From positions 43,608-107,607 of the forward strand of contig NMRA01000649.1 in the NCBI GenBank assembly GCA_002633005.1: a stretch of 64,000 nt of DNA. The letters are read 5' to 3'. Made by a program: the position numbers and the translations under genes. This document shows positions 45,707 through 60,700 of this stretch, piece by piece. The notes under the pieces were generated by a model that had not been told where the DNA came from, searched no databases, and saw nothing but the letters and a program-made list of their open reading frames with translations. This DNA is from Phoronis australis (Eukaryota; Animalia; Phoronida). Positions within the stretch are counted from its first letter, which is position 1, and each line of letters opens with the position of its first letter.

Positions 45707-48700
45707 GTATGTATTTCACTAACAATTTGTTCTCCGAGTTGTCGGTGACCACAACAATTTTTGCCGACGTCCACTACGCTACGCCTACGGCTACGGCTCT
45801 AGCCGTGGGGGAGTACCAAACGGCAAGCCTCTTGCGTTGCGGTCTCGAGTACATGACATGGTGGTCCAGGGTCCTAGTCGACGTCAATGACAGTGACTTC
45901 AAGTGTACGGGACTCATATCTGCCTTTTCACACTGAATCTTTTAATTCAAACTCGAATAGTAGCACCCTCCGCCCCCCAATACTGGCCCCGGCTTAGTTC
46001 GTGCTACTTTTTCTATTTACCAGCAGAAATGGTGGCGCTCCCATATGGCTTTCATACACTGGAAGCTTTTTGACGAATTATGCCTCGTCGAGTTGCCAGT
46101 ATAAGTACTGTTTGCGCATGGAAACTGTTGTAGTTGTGTGGCCGAGGCAGGATCGGACTATTTCAGTGTAAGGGCGTTTCCAGAGGTACTCACATAACAT
46201 CTTTCCCTGACGAAGCTGTACTCCAGAAGGCCCAGACGATCACATGGTGTTCATGTGTAGATGTGACCTTTCGTGGGCTCTTCTGTCGCCAGGCATTGAG
46301 CCATGCACTTTAAGGTGGATTACACCCAGTGAAGCTGATAGACCTATTCTCGGTCTCCTAATTTTCCTTACTGTGATAGGCTTCTATTTCCATTATCAAC
46401 AAAAATATCAAAAACATCAGCTGCTTCAGAAAACACTTTAAAATTAATTGGCGATGGCCAACCTTAAAATTACGGATTTGAAAACGGCACATCATTGTCC
46501 GACATTAAGAAAACGTGCTATTTCTGATTTGTTGTTGCCAATTTTTAGTACCTTGGCAGGGATATACCTAGGTTTCAAAACCCCGCTCGCCAGCTGGGCG
46601 AGTGAGCTAGAAAATCTACTCGCCCAGCCCGAAGTTCAGTTGCCCAGCTGTTTGCGTCACTTGCTGCCAATGTCAATAAAAATCATCGTTTTGTGCGTTG
46701 ATATCACCATATACTAAGGCTAGTATCGTTTTTAGAAAGTAAATTCTTAACAAGAAACTTTTGACGTTGATGAATTCCTAGCAATGCAAGACATTGCCTT
46801 GGCGCAAAGCTGCAATGTAGTAATATAGGCTACAGCTACGGCGCCGATGTGGGTAAAAGACTGACCAGATAAAATCTGACACAAAAGTAGTTTTATTAAA
46901 AACTGCACTCTTCCTCACTCCTGACACCAAAATGGAAGCGCCCAACAAAAGCAACAGCGTAAGAAATCAACTTGTCATTAAGCGCAAGTCAAACATTCTG
47001 TCCACATCCACGTGGTCAAAAACCTGTTCTTTGAACTTGTGATTTGCCTGGTAACTTTTTACATGATGTGTGTTTGCTTCATTATTTTGGCAGTCGACCG
47101 AGCACCCCAATGCATAATGGTAATATTGTCCGACTGTTGAGCACGTGGTTTGAACAAGCGTGGTTTTGGCTTTGAAGTAAAAAAGACATATACAATGTAT
47201 ATAAAATGTTACATGGTTCAAACTAAGTTCAAAGTATTCAGTTAGAAATCTGTCAATCATTAGCATGTGTTTGGTTGCCTACGTGTCCAGGGGAAGCGAA
47301 TCTTTACAAAATCAAGTGCTTCCCTTAAAAATACACCACAAACTAGCGGAATCTTGCTTGATCTGTCTTTTCTCTCAAGAAACTTCCCCTACTGAACGCA
47401 CGCCTACCTGTAGGAATACCTTAGTTCTAAGAAATGACGAACAGCCACCAAGGTACGTAAAAACCTGATCACTCTCGGGATCACGACGCCACTGTATCGT
47501 GCACTACAGCGGGCCGTTGGAAGTTCGTTACTTCAATCCCCCCAACCTATATTTTAACTGATATGCTTGAAGTCTGACGTCAGTGTAGCTATAGTCCGTT
47601 AGAGTAAACTCGGTCCTCCGTGCAGTAAGGAACAACTCAAGACTTCAAAAATTTCGATTTTAATCGCCCACTGAGCCCCTGTTTTTTAGATTCCCAATTT
47701 CACTTGCTGTGAGCACATGGACCGGTCTTTCGCCTTCCCCCCTTTTTCTTCGATTCGGACAAGTCCACAAATTCCTTAGTACACGATCAACCACTGTTGT
47801 CTCTTGTCTAGACGAATCGCGTAAGGGGTGACAGTCTACTGAATGGGTAGAAGCGCACTGAGCCGATGTTTTTTACTGCCGGAGCATCGACACGCTGACC
47901 AAACCAAACCTTTGTTTTCATGATAAAAACAGCACAAGGAGGAGAAAATTTATTCATGTTCATCTGGAAAATGATAGAGTGCTTTTGCGCTCTGAAAATT
48001 CGCTTGGAAAGACAATTTCTTCTCGCCCAGCACCATTTTTACTCGCATTGGCGACTGGGTGAGTGGCTAAGACACATCCCTGCCTTGGATGTTCAATAGT
48101 TGTTGATTGCGATGCATCCGATTATGATTTCAACAAGGTTGCGCTATGGTAGATTTGGTTTAGTAGGCAAGGACCAAACGGCAATGATACGTGGCTGTTG
48201 CAGTGAGAAAATAACCTTTTTGGTCTCCATTATCGTGAAAAGCAGATGATGCAACCAAAGATGCTCAAATCTCTCTTTTGACAAATTTCACAGCCTCTAG
48301 AAAGTCACTCGCATGGCTTCAAAGTTGGCGCTGTACGAGGGTGTTATTTTTTGAGCACCTGTGGATAAAACAAGATCGGCAGAGGGTGACGATAGTTGAC
48401 TGGCATTTGAGCGTTTTTGATTTTGTTATTACTGCTGTTAGTGAGTGTTAGTTGACCCAGCTGACATGATTTTGCACGTGTTAGAACAGAATAGTCGGAA
48501 ACTGAGGTCGCATTTGGCAAGTTGAGTAAGGGAAAACTAAAATTGCATTTGGTAAGTGGCGAGTTCAGGTCGCCAACGGCAATTTCAGCTCGCAAAACAC
48601 GAAATGTTATTTGCCAAATCATACCCTGGTCATGTATGTATTGCCTGTGACTGTAATAATTATGTGGTACGTTTGATCAACTATTCTACAGGGGAAAACC

Positions 48701-51700
48701 ACAAAGCCCAACCAAATCATGCTAGCTTATCAATAAACTGGTGTTATGTGGCATTTTTTATCCTAAATTACATTCATGATTTAAGTTCAGTCTGATTTCC
48801 AGTGTGATTTGCTGACAATTTCCTGGCTTATTTTGGTCAGGTGACCTGTATAATTTAAAAATTTAGGACAAAATACTAATAGGCAAGTAATTGTTATTTT
48901 ATCAGAAAAAAAATAATTTGTTTATTCGTGGGTAATCATTTCCTGGCATAGTGTCCAGTTAATATGGCCCCCTGGCTTCGTGGCAGCGGGGGCGACGCAT
49001 TACCTAGGTAGAACTGTTCTAAAATGTACGGCAATGTTAAAGCAAAAACTTATTTTGTCTCACAAAGAGTGGAAGGACAGTTGGAACAATTATTTTTGTG
49101 TGAATTTTGTTAAAAATTACCGTGTCATAAGGTAGGCACAAAATGACCTAGAACTGATGCGATCTAAAGTAATTCTTGCATTGTGTATTCAACGCATTAT
49201 TAAAGATCAAAACTAGCATGTATTCTTAACCTGTATTTCATCCTGTTTAGCTGGCGAAAAATAAAAATTGAATTGGGCCTTTTACTCTCGCAAAGTCAGT
49301 CTCATAATATTCCTTACTGCAATGGTATTCTATTTCCGTTTTGAACAAGAGCGTCAAAACCATCAGCGACTCAAGAAAATGCTTCCAACTTCAGTGAGGT
49401 AGGCCAACCCTAAAATTTTATGTTTGGAAATGAGCATGGACTGTGTCTTGAGTTAATAAAGCAATCTCGTCATGGTAGGAATATTATCAGACTGATTTTA
49501 TGAGAGTAAAAAGTCGAATTCGATTTTCGTTGTTCTAGCTAAACAGGGCAATATAGAGCTTTAAATATTATGGTAAAAATTTTCTAGTTTTGAATAGTCT
49601 TTAAACGTTGGGACACTGAAATTCATGCCTAAATGAAATGTTCTTGATTCTGAACATTGGGACATGGGCGATTTTGGCAATCATCTTATTTCTGAAACAT
49701 AGAGCACTGTGCTTTTATCAACAGAATGTGAGAATATATTTGGGAGTCGATAACATCGTCAAAAATGGCCACTGACATAGTGTTTTCATGAGTACCCTTG
49801 GTGTATCATTAAGGTGAATGATCGTTTGTCATTGATCGTAATTCTTGAATTTTGGACGCCACTATTGCCTATTTCTAATATTTGGTACAAGCTCCAACCT
49901 TGAGGAAAATAAAATATTCAGTGTTCCAAACTGAAGAATTTTTACCATAATCACGTTCTTCAGGTACTGAACACTCATTTGTCTAAATTGTCCCATTTGC
50001 CTATTGTAGTTTATGAGTGAAAAGATCGGTGGCGCGAAGGGAACTGAACTTGACGATGAGTTTGTTGAAATGGAACGGGTAAGTAGTTATTGTGTTTGCA
50101 CGTGAGTTGGGCATCTACTGCAAGAAAGCTCGTCTTTCGTTTTCTGCAGATTCAAAATATGTCTCTGAGCAAAGTAACATTGCTCAATGAAAGAAGAGCC
50201 TCCTTAGCACTCACAAGATTGGGATGTCATACACATGAAGACATGTACTTCTGAATGAGCAGTATATAAGTACAGTTAAAGGTATATTGATCGCTGCTTC
50301 AGCGGGTCTAAAATGGCCAGTTTAAAAGTAAGATAAAGTAAGAATGAAGTCGTTTATTAAGCCAGAAATAACATAACATCCATGTGCTACATTCCGAACA
50401 TAGTATTACCACGAAAAACTGTTGACTTGCCTATTTTCAATCTTCTAATTTTTGAGACGTGTTGCAATTGCAAAAGAATTTACGCTCGCTAGTTTCTACA
50501 GTGGGATGTCTCAAGGCAATAATCATATTATAATGTATGCTTTTTGGAATGCTTTGTGGGCTGGTGTCCTATTCCATTTATTGTGATGCATCACATTGTT
50601 ACCAAACCAATTAACCTTCACCACTGCAGTGGGATGTCCCTAGATAATAGTCATATTATTGAAGCAGCAATATAGCTTTAATTGACACAGCCATTCTTAG
50701 AGAGGGTTGCTGGTCAAGCGTCCTATGACATAATTCCCAAACAACATGTTCAGGCGGAGATGTAGATGTTACTGACCTCTGATAGATAGTGCGCAAGCAT
50801 GTTAGCGGTGATTGCTGCAAAAAAATCAATCACGGTCATTTTATTATTTGAGTTCTTGAAAAACATCAATAGAACCCACTGGTGGTAATATTTTTAATTC
50901 AATTCATTATTTGTATTGTTGGCTAAAGGTTAATGTGAGTAGAAATTACCTTTATGTAACAAAACATGACCTTCATTTGTTTATGTTCGAGAGCACACTT
51001 TTCGAGATTAAAAGAAAAATAAGAGTTTGTTAACCAGTTCAACTTTTTTCTCGAGGGTAATTACTCCCTATTGATATTCAGCTGGTTTGCTTAGCAGTTG
51101 TTATGTGCGTGCTCAGTGGTTCCTCATTAGTGTGACTCGCTTCGGATAATCCTTTATTCAATTTGCATTGAAGTATGTAAGTAGCCACGCTGTGCCTGAA
51201 TATGTGCAGAAGCACTAGTGTCCGTGAAACGGGGTTGTGACTTTATGTTTTGTACGTGTCTGAATCATTATAACTGGATCTCCTGCTTGTGTTGTAGTTT
51301 GGGGCTTAAGTGTGATTATCCTGTGAGATTTCCTGGTAACATCTGGGTGTGTTCACCAAGACAAATTTTGATATGCACTAGGTGTCTTTATCTAAAATAA
51401 TGTGTTTTTTTCAAAGATGTTTTCCCTTTAACGAATGATTCTCAAAAAAGGATGTCTGTCTGAGCTTCACTCATGACTGTGGAAAACTATCTCTGATGTG
51501 GTCATCTCTTAAATCGGGGACATTCCGTGTATGCTTTTAAATTCTTAATATATTTCATCAAAATAATTAAAATGTTAGATATAATCATGTGATCTTTTGT
51601 GTTGTAATGGGTAAGTTAAGCTTAACTTAAGTGCTATTTTGAAAACTAGCTCCTTGGGTTTTGCTCAACTATTTCTCATAAGTTGTTTTCACGTTAGAGT

Positions 51701-54700
51701 TAGTCCGGACTAGTTTTCGGTCAGGTCATATTCGGCATGATAATTTACCATGTACCAAATTGTCACTTTTCTCTCTTGCCCGGGCTAGCAGTCCCACCCT
51801 TACATTGAAGGTTCATCGTCCTAAACACGAGGTGTCATTCCAAATAATTATACTTGTAAGCATCTCTGTCTCATGTGACAATCAATTGCCTCTGCTATTC
51901 TTACTTTGAGACATGCTTAATTTTAAAATTATATAGTGAACAGTAAGTAAACAGAAATAGCAACAATGTCATGGGTGCACGCAATAACGGGAAGAGCTTC
52001 GCACTCCCGTGAAGTGGGAGATGATTTAGGACATTCAAGCAAAATAGTTGGGACCAAACCTTTTGCATTCCCCTTACATAATCGGACCAACTTTGCTATG
52101 CTCGCTGGTCCGGTCTTTTCGAGCATACTAAATTTAGTAGCGTGATAGATTTAAAGTGGTCCAAATCGCCTTTCGCATTGGGTCTAAAATTCTTGTGGTT
52201 GAGAAAGACTGTTAGTCTACCGTACCAAATTCATAATGCAATAGGCCCTACAGACTCATGTGCTCTTATGAGATAAACACTGTTTGGTATGCAAGCATTT
52301 AACCTAAATGTGCACATGTATGTTAGTTAGTTTCTAGCGAGTTTGGCTGATTGACAGAAATTGAATCAGAAACTAACAGTGCCTGTAAGCTTGCGTATGC
52401 AAATATCTTCACTAAATAATCTGTGCATTGACTGCCTGCAGTTCAAAGGCATTGTCTTATCTCTGGGGACAGAGTTCATACTGTCAGGGCAGTGAATCAA
52501 TTTTTAGATATCACTGCAGGGTGTTAATGCTCAATGCATTATAACTGTATTTATGAATAGAGGCAGGATATAGGTCGTTAGTTTGCTCATACATGGTGGA
52601 TTCCTTGTTTTGGACTGTCTCTTGAAAGTTTGTAATAAACATGGCTATAACAATACAGTTTTAACTATGAATTTTTTGGTCATTGTTGGCTACTGTTAAG
52701 AAAACCTGTTCGTTCAAAAAGAGAGAAAGGTAAACAGTGAACTAAATGACGCACATCACATGAATATGAAAACAAATTTAGTTTTTTCAGTATGTAATCA
52801 GAATGTAACGTCAAAAGTCAAGTGTCCGACTTGAAGTTTGTGTCAATGTAAATATCACCAAATTATGATACAAATATGTTAGACAAGCGAAATTATATAA
52901 TTTTTTTGTTTTTTACACAAGATTTCTAACACGAAGTGAATGTTTTATACCATACCTACGGTAAAATCTCGTCAATTTGGGACACAGTGCGGAATTTTTC
53001 CTCATTTTTCCATGAAAGATATGCTGCATCAGATAAATGTCTTTTCATGTTCAAGTTCCGGATCACGGACAATATTTTGAATAAATATGGGCATTTGCGA
53101 CAATATCAGACGCCTTTGGAAATGACGAAAAAAAACAATTGTGGCAAAAGTTTTTGTCCGAAATTGGTGTGATTTCGCCATACCCTAAGACAATGTTAAA
53201 CTAAGAAAGACTTGAGAAGGCTTTTAATGACATTTTCATGAGATAATGAGTGTTCACTGACATTGTGATACTAAAGAAATGATACCAGTAACTTTTATTT
53301 GCACGTCATTGACTTAAATAACAATGTTAGTTGTTTTTATTCCTACAGTGCGTAATACACGGTTATGGGCATGCCAGGGCCCAGGGACTTCAGGGGGACT
53401 TAAAGTGTGTGCAATGAATAAGTAATTAATAACAACAGTCGCAAAATTTGCTGTCTGTGGTTTTATAAAATGTGTGTGCCCCATATCAACCCATTTCACA
53501 CCAAAGTGGTTTTAACTTTTAAAAGTCTCGGTCTGATCACTTTAAAACTGGTTTTAAAAAATGTATTTGCATCCTCCTAATTATGCTTATGTATAGTAGG
53601 AACAAAGTGCAGTTGTGTTCATTAACAACTTGTAAATGTGGAAACAAAAAATTCAAATGACTTACCTTTGGGGCTCACATAGCACACATCATGCAGTGTT
53701 ATTCCCCAACACCACGTCACAATACTGTACACGTTCGAGTGATTTATAACGGATCATTTTCGACACAAAACTTGTTCTTAACCCTTTCAACACAGCACAC
53801 CGCTTAAGCGGTCTTTGAAACTTACCTCCAATCGAAACCGTAGACCGCTTTATCGGTCTCACGACATTCCGAACTTCAAGCAACAGCATATTTGATTGGT
53901 CGATTAGGGAATTCTTTTGTGTACGTCACAAATTTAAACATAGACTTAACTTCATTTCTAACAACTTTTCTGATTCGTTGCTGAGATGTAACGTGAGTTA
54001 TTAAAGGGGTTTTCCAAGATTTTAGATTGATGACTCGCGAAAACAAAATGTCAGCCGACGGCGATTCAAACATAGACTTTTCAAATGACGAAATTGGCAA
54101 TAATTTGTATGCTTTTTACTTAATTAATATACAAGATAACCCAAAAAGGAATTCTTATGTATCTGGCCAGAGTTTGTTGACTATTACGACAAAGAAGTTG
54201 AATTTCATGGCTTTGAACCGGAGGAAAACTTAACAGGTCGCAAATTTCGCAGTTGGGTTAAACAAACGCCGTTGAACTCCGACAACTTCGCAAATGTTCT
54301 GAACATGTGGAGTCTTCTAGAGTGTACGATGGTTCTGATAAGCAAGTTGAGTACTTTCAAAATTTTTGTATTGATGAAATATTCGTGAAATTGTAAGGGT
54401 AATTAATTTGAACACCCAAACGAAGTGCGAGTCACTACCGGAAGTGGACAAATTTGAATTGTTGAACTTAGCAATCGCCGAATTTAAGTCACTTTATGGC
54501 CTTCAAATGTTAGTTAAATATGTGAAATATGATCGAAAATGTATCGGTACTGAAGAATATTGACGACACTGTTACTCACAAATCATTTTTATTCTTTAAA
54601 CGATACATTGAATTGACAAATTGGCAAATGAACACTGGCATTTCAGGTGTTACTTACCTGCATTGTCTATGGAATTTTGAAAGCAAGCACCTCAGTTCAG

Positions 54701-57700
54701 CTCATGTGTGCAAAGTTACTTGGGGTTCAGGGACACAATGGCCGACAGTTACTTGGAGGTGAAGAGTTAAAAACACTTTGCAATTTTCAACCTACTTCAT
54801 ATTCACATCCTCATTATATGTTGTGTTTCTAACTGATTTGATCCAGCAGAGATAAGTAATTAGCCTGCTAGTTCCACTTTAAAAGTTGTAACTGTTTTGT
54901 GGTTATAACCCTTTGTGAGGATAGTTTAAAAACAAGTTATAAGCGTTGAAACTCTGTTGGAACACAGCAGTTGCAAAAGTTAGAAGTCAGTTGATGTCCC
55001 TACTGTCAAGTCTTGTTGGAAGCAATGGCACACCGAGGCCCTAGACGGGGTGAATTAGAAAGGGACGGCACCGAATACTGGCTTGTAAAATCAAAAAACT
55101 AGGCTGGTAACAGTGTTCAATCTGGGTTTGAACAGCAAGAATTGCATGACAGATACAACTATAGAAAGAGTAGTTGGCCTGAATACAGTTCTACTCGCTG
55201 GAAATAGAACATTTTTACCACAGAGTGAGAAAATGTATTGGTCCAGAGTTCACCATTTTTAATTTGCGTACTAGTATGTGTTTACATGCATTTGCTTTGT
55301 GGGAAAACTGCAATATATTTTTATGAATGTTTGTGCCTCTTTCCAGGTGGTTGCTTACAATAGTTTGTTTTATTGGCTATAGGTATCAGAAGGTGTGGTT
55401 TCACAAAAGATTGTCTCCTCGATATATTAGATACGGGGTATTGAAGATTTCTATGCTATAGCTGTGATAAAAAATACACTGAATGGGAAATAACCAATTC
55501 ACTAGCTATGGCAGCTCTGCTTATTTAGCACAAAATTTATTGCAAAAATTTTATTTTTTTTTCAATATTTAAAGGTTGATTGCCTTGCTGTAAATCATGG
55601 AAACTTTGCCAAATGTTGTCCTGCGCCATCTACGTTACAGAAACCAAGCTAATGATAGACTAAAATATTCATTGTTAGTCTTCATTCTTGGAGAGAAATT
55701 TAACAAAATTGAATTTCACTTGTCGGCAATGTTGTGCTTAATGGAATAGCATCAAAAATGAAGCTCACATAGACCTTGTGTTCAAGGTTGGAACAGTGGC
55801 ATTCAAAGAGGTGATGATATTAGGATTACGGCATTATTTTGTACCTAAGCAATATTGCAAAAACGGTCATTTTTACATTTTTCAGTAACTGATCACCTTT
55901 TTGAAAATAATGGGAACTTAAGCAAATGTTGTTTTGTGATATTTACGCAGTGCAAACCATGCCTGTAACAGACTGTATGTCTGAAAGCTTTACTTTTGTG
56001 TGCTTAGTAAATGAAGATTTACTTGACGCCATTTTGGGGGCATAAAGTGGCCTTTGTTGTGAGCCACCAACAACTGTCTTTCCAAGTCCTATTACCGCCT
56101 CCAATTTGAAACCAATTTCTTAACTGGTAAATAGTCTAGATCAAATGTTTTGTGACTTCAAGTTCATGAATGGGTAATATTTCAAAGCGGCGTTTTTATT
56201 GTAACATACTCTAGATTCTGTAATATTAATGAACTTCAATGTATGAAGTGAGGGATTTGTCTCAAGACATCCTCATCCTGTTACCGGCTTTTGGTTAGCA
56301 CTATTGCTTTTTCTTTCACATTCATCTTTGTGTGCAGGAAAGGGTTTTTATGGCAGCCCGGTTGCTAATTTGGAATAAAAATGAACCCCGAGAGCAGTAC
56401 TGGTAGAATGTTATTTGCCGTAAACTACTTCAAGTCATGTTGACATGTTTAGTCAACATTTTGACATTTATTTGGACCTAGTTTCAATCACGTAGCCTAG
56501 AACTTGACAGCTATTTCCATTTTTCATTGCGTACCAACTCCGTTGAACAGATTTTTCTTTTGTGAATGGTGGATTGATTTTGTCTCTAGAGTGTGTCCAT
56601 GTGTCTGTGCGTGGGCATGTGAGAACTCAGTCTTTAGATTAGCTTGCATTATTTATCTGCTCAATAAATTGATTGGCCACTAGTCAGAAATATTCTGACA
56701 ATTACAACAGGATTAACAACAGACGTCACCTCGCGTCATTCAGTGGAGGCAGCAGGATTATCGCCAATAGTCAATATTGGGATGCGACCGGTGAAATATC
56801 AACAAATGCCGTGTTGCAGCAAAACAAATGTTGGATACCGGTTCAACTGCGTAGTCGTACGAAAGGGGCTTAATAATTACAGAAATTAGTATACTAGGTG
56901 TGCATCACCTTTGGGGCGGATCCAGAATTTTTGGAGGCAGCGAATTGTTGGGGAAATTTTGCATGCAGTTGCACTAACCATAGTCCGTTCCACACGCAGA
57001 CTTACCCTAGAACGACTTGCACTGTCTAGTGCGACTTGCCCCACTTTTAATGGAGTGTCTACGCACACGTATCCGATAGCTAGGATGGGGTGGAAGTTGT
57101 GGACAACTGATGCAAATTCAGCGCGTAAAAGAAGACCCGTCTCTGTATGTAACCGCAGCAGGTAATTACCTCTGCCTTGCCTCAGGTTTGCAGTCACACG
57201 GCGATTACAACTGGCACGAGTTACCCTAGGACAAGTTACCCCACCTCGATAAGGTGGAGTAAGTTGTCACAAGTGGGGCAAGTTGCACTAGTTTGAAGTG
57301 GCGTCCACACAGCTCTTAAACCTAGCGACAACTTTCAGGAGTAACTTGTTCTGGGGTAAGTCTGTGTTTGGACGGCACTTATAGAAGTGGTTGGGATTTG
57401 TCTGTTGCTGAATAGGAACTTATTTCAAGATGTTTTAAATTAAATGAACATTTTTATTTGTAGTTAAATATTTGAAAGGACCACCTTGTCCTTCAGCCTA
57501 CACATGGTACTAGTACCCCTGAATTATCCGGTTAGACTGCTAGGTACAGGCTCCTGAAGTCATAACACTCATTATTTAATTTTGCCCTAGAAATCTATCT
57601 CAAGGTTCATTCTGTGCCCTTTGACCTCTTGATAACATTGTAATGACAAGGATGGCCTTTCAAGAAGGTCACAAATTCCATGGCAAGTGTCTTTGTTGAT

Positions 57701-60700
57701 AAATTTTATGTGAAAAATGACACTTCATATTTCATTGGTTCAAGGTACTCTGACAATAGCTAAGGGGGCTTTCAACCCTTAGCCAGTATCATAAAATGCT
57801 GCTGATAAATCCAGAATCCATCTGAAAGTTATTGTGCTAGGATGGTATGGTATTGATTTCTACCATCCAAATAAGTCAAGGGATCACTTGCACTGAAATA
57901 AAGCTTGTCGGTTGTGGATGCATTGGCTTAGACTTGTTAAATTGGTGGCATTTTGACCACATATTTCACTTGTTCAACGTCTAAATCCAAGTGCATTTGC
58001 ACGACAATGGCACCATTTTTTTAGTGATGGCTCAAAGTTTAAATGCATCCATCGGCCGTGCAAAATTGATGAAGCTCTTCTCTATGCCCAGCTGTTAATG
58101 TCTAGCAAAACAAACTTTCGCCTGGGTTGCAGTGTTTGGTCAAGTAAAATATACTCATGATAAATGTTCCTTGAATTCATGTATTTCTTCATTTTCCTCT
58201 GATTCAAGTTCCATCACATTCTGCTCGGAGGTTGCACATTTTAGAGCTCTCTGATGACCTCTGGTGCATAATTTTTTATCAAGTGTGGACTAATTTGTTT
58301 GTCAATGTCCTGAAGGGTGTGTTAAGGCCCTTTCACACTAACTTAACTCTGGTATGAGCGATGCATCCATGTAAACTGTGAAGTTAGTTAAACTGTTCAT
58401 ACCAGCTTTGTTAGTTACTGGCATCGAAGTAAGCGGTAGGTTACACTTTTGTTATTGAAGTAATCGCTAAGTCCCTCTGATGCAAGGTAGACTGAGAAAT
58501 GTTTTTTTGTCCCGTGCACGCTAAGATTTTTTTTTAATGTGACAATTTGAAAACACATACATGTGATTATTAACCTGAAACTTGTTGCTAATTCGAGTGG
58601 TGATTATTTGAGCAAAATATTAGCAAATAGTAGTGACGACACTGCCCTTTAATTGTTGACAGTGGCCCCTAGCAATAACTTCGATGAGACTGCACCACAG
58701 CATCAATGCTCCCCTGTTAAATCCATCTGAAACTGCGAAGCTTAACTGGTGCTGTTAACTTCTATCCAGGACCGAAGTTAACCATTCATACTGACCGTGA
58801 CTCCCCAAAACATCGATGTGTCGACGTTAGTATGAAAGGGCCTTTAGAAGGAGAACGCCATTTTTATTTGATATTTGGGTTGAGACATGTTTGTGGGTGA
58901 TGATTGATGGTTTGGATGGTGAATAAGGAAGAAATGTCTATGCACTCCAGTTTTTGGTATCTGGTACCACTTGGTATACCACTTGGTATACCACTTGGTA
59001 TGCCACTTGGTATACCACTTGGTATACCACTTGGTATCCTCTCTCTTCTTTGATTACCAATTATGTGGGGACACCTGCATACACACTCTAATTAGTTATG
59101 TTGGAGGTAAATAAGGTGTAAAGAGGAAATGTCATTTTTTTGCTCTTCACCTATTCAATACAGGATATGGCAGACAGAGGAAATTTTATTTTGACAAATT
59201 CTCAAACAAAAATAAACATTGAGAGACTTAGTTTATTATAAGGTTTGCTGCAGAGATGTCCGAATAAAGCAACATGCTCTATGTTGCTTGCATCAAGGTA
59301 ATCAGGCTTTGAAAAATAGAAAACTGACAATTTTGGCGATTATTTATGTGCAAAATAAGCAGAACTGATTGGCACTAGGCTCTGCATTTTGAGAACCAGT
59401 TTGATACCCATTATTCAGTGGAGAAAACTGGTTCTCAAAATGTGGGGCTCCTGTAAGTGATTGCTGTAGTCGTCACTGATTTGAATCCTAATCAGTCTGC
59501 AGTTTTGTATAACTTGTCCTCTGTTCTGTCTGTTACTGTTGAATGGTGGTGGTCTGCATCTTTCCCCACAGGTGGAGTCTTGAGGCCCTTTCCCATACAG
59601 TTAACTTTGCTACAATTGAAGCTTCAGTGTTAACTGTGGTTAATCCCTAGGTTAAGCGTGAGTGTTCATGTCAACTTCGGAGTTATAGTTCAGTGAAGTT
59701 GGGGCAAGGCAGTGCTAATATGACCTTCGTCATTTGCTATGCACTCTCAAGCGCTCGGTGATTTTTGTAAGGAATGGATCTAGCAAACACGTGGACAAAC
59801 TGCAACAGAATGCTAATATTGCCAAACTGACAAATATTGGAACAAAATGTTAACTAGTTACCACCCGCTGGTAACATCTGCGGATAAGTCTGGTGGCATC
59901 GATGTTGAGTGTTATCATTTTATCGAACCGCCAACGCTTTGCTGTTAAATCCACCTCTTAACTTAGGAGTTAACCAGCACTGTTAACTTAGATAAAAGAC
60001 TGAAGTTAAGTGTTCCCACTGATAGAAGCTTTGGTAATACCCAAGCTTCTGAGGCAGTGGGAAAGACCTTTTATTGTACTGTAAATAATGGTTATTGATT
60101 TCCTTCAAAGGATCAATGGCTAATCATGGTATTCTGGGGTGCAGTCACTTATCCCCAATGTGAACACTTTTCCATTAGTCTAATGACCATTTTTCAGTGG
60201 GAGTGAGATGTATAGACACCCCGCACAATGACTGCTGAGAGGGGCATGTGTAGGGCCAAGTATGTGATTGATCAGGCAATAGATCTGATGCTGTAAGAGA
60301 CAAAGGACTTGTTGTTATCTAGATCACTATCAAGACTGATGTATATCTGGTGATCTGGTAAATTTTCTGATTTGCAGCAAAGAAATCGGCCTTTGAAAAA
60401 TTGAAAAATTATAGTTTTGGCAATTGTTATTTTTGTGCAAAATATGTGAAGCATTACCGTAATTTTTGTACCAATGGCGATAAGTACCGGTATTTTGTCA
60501 GATAGGCAAATTTGTTCTCATATGTACCAACCCATAGTTCAGCTACTTTTTCCTAGTTTCAAGTTCCCCGTACCAAGTGCCTGGATGGTTATTCAAGTTC
60601 CAGTTCCTGGTGTCTTATTGATGACGTGGCATGCAGTTCCTGAGTTGAGGCAAAGAACCAAGACCTGAAAGCATTGTTCTTATGATCGTTTAGACATTGC

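Noticed and set aside
49251-49398. Extra endophilin exon between exons 1 and 2
   Set aside because: The open frame ends in phase 2 while exon 2 needs phase 0, and exons 1 and 2 already join into the canonical sequence.
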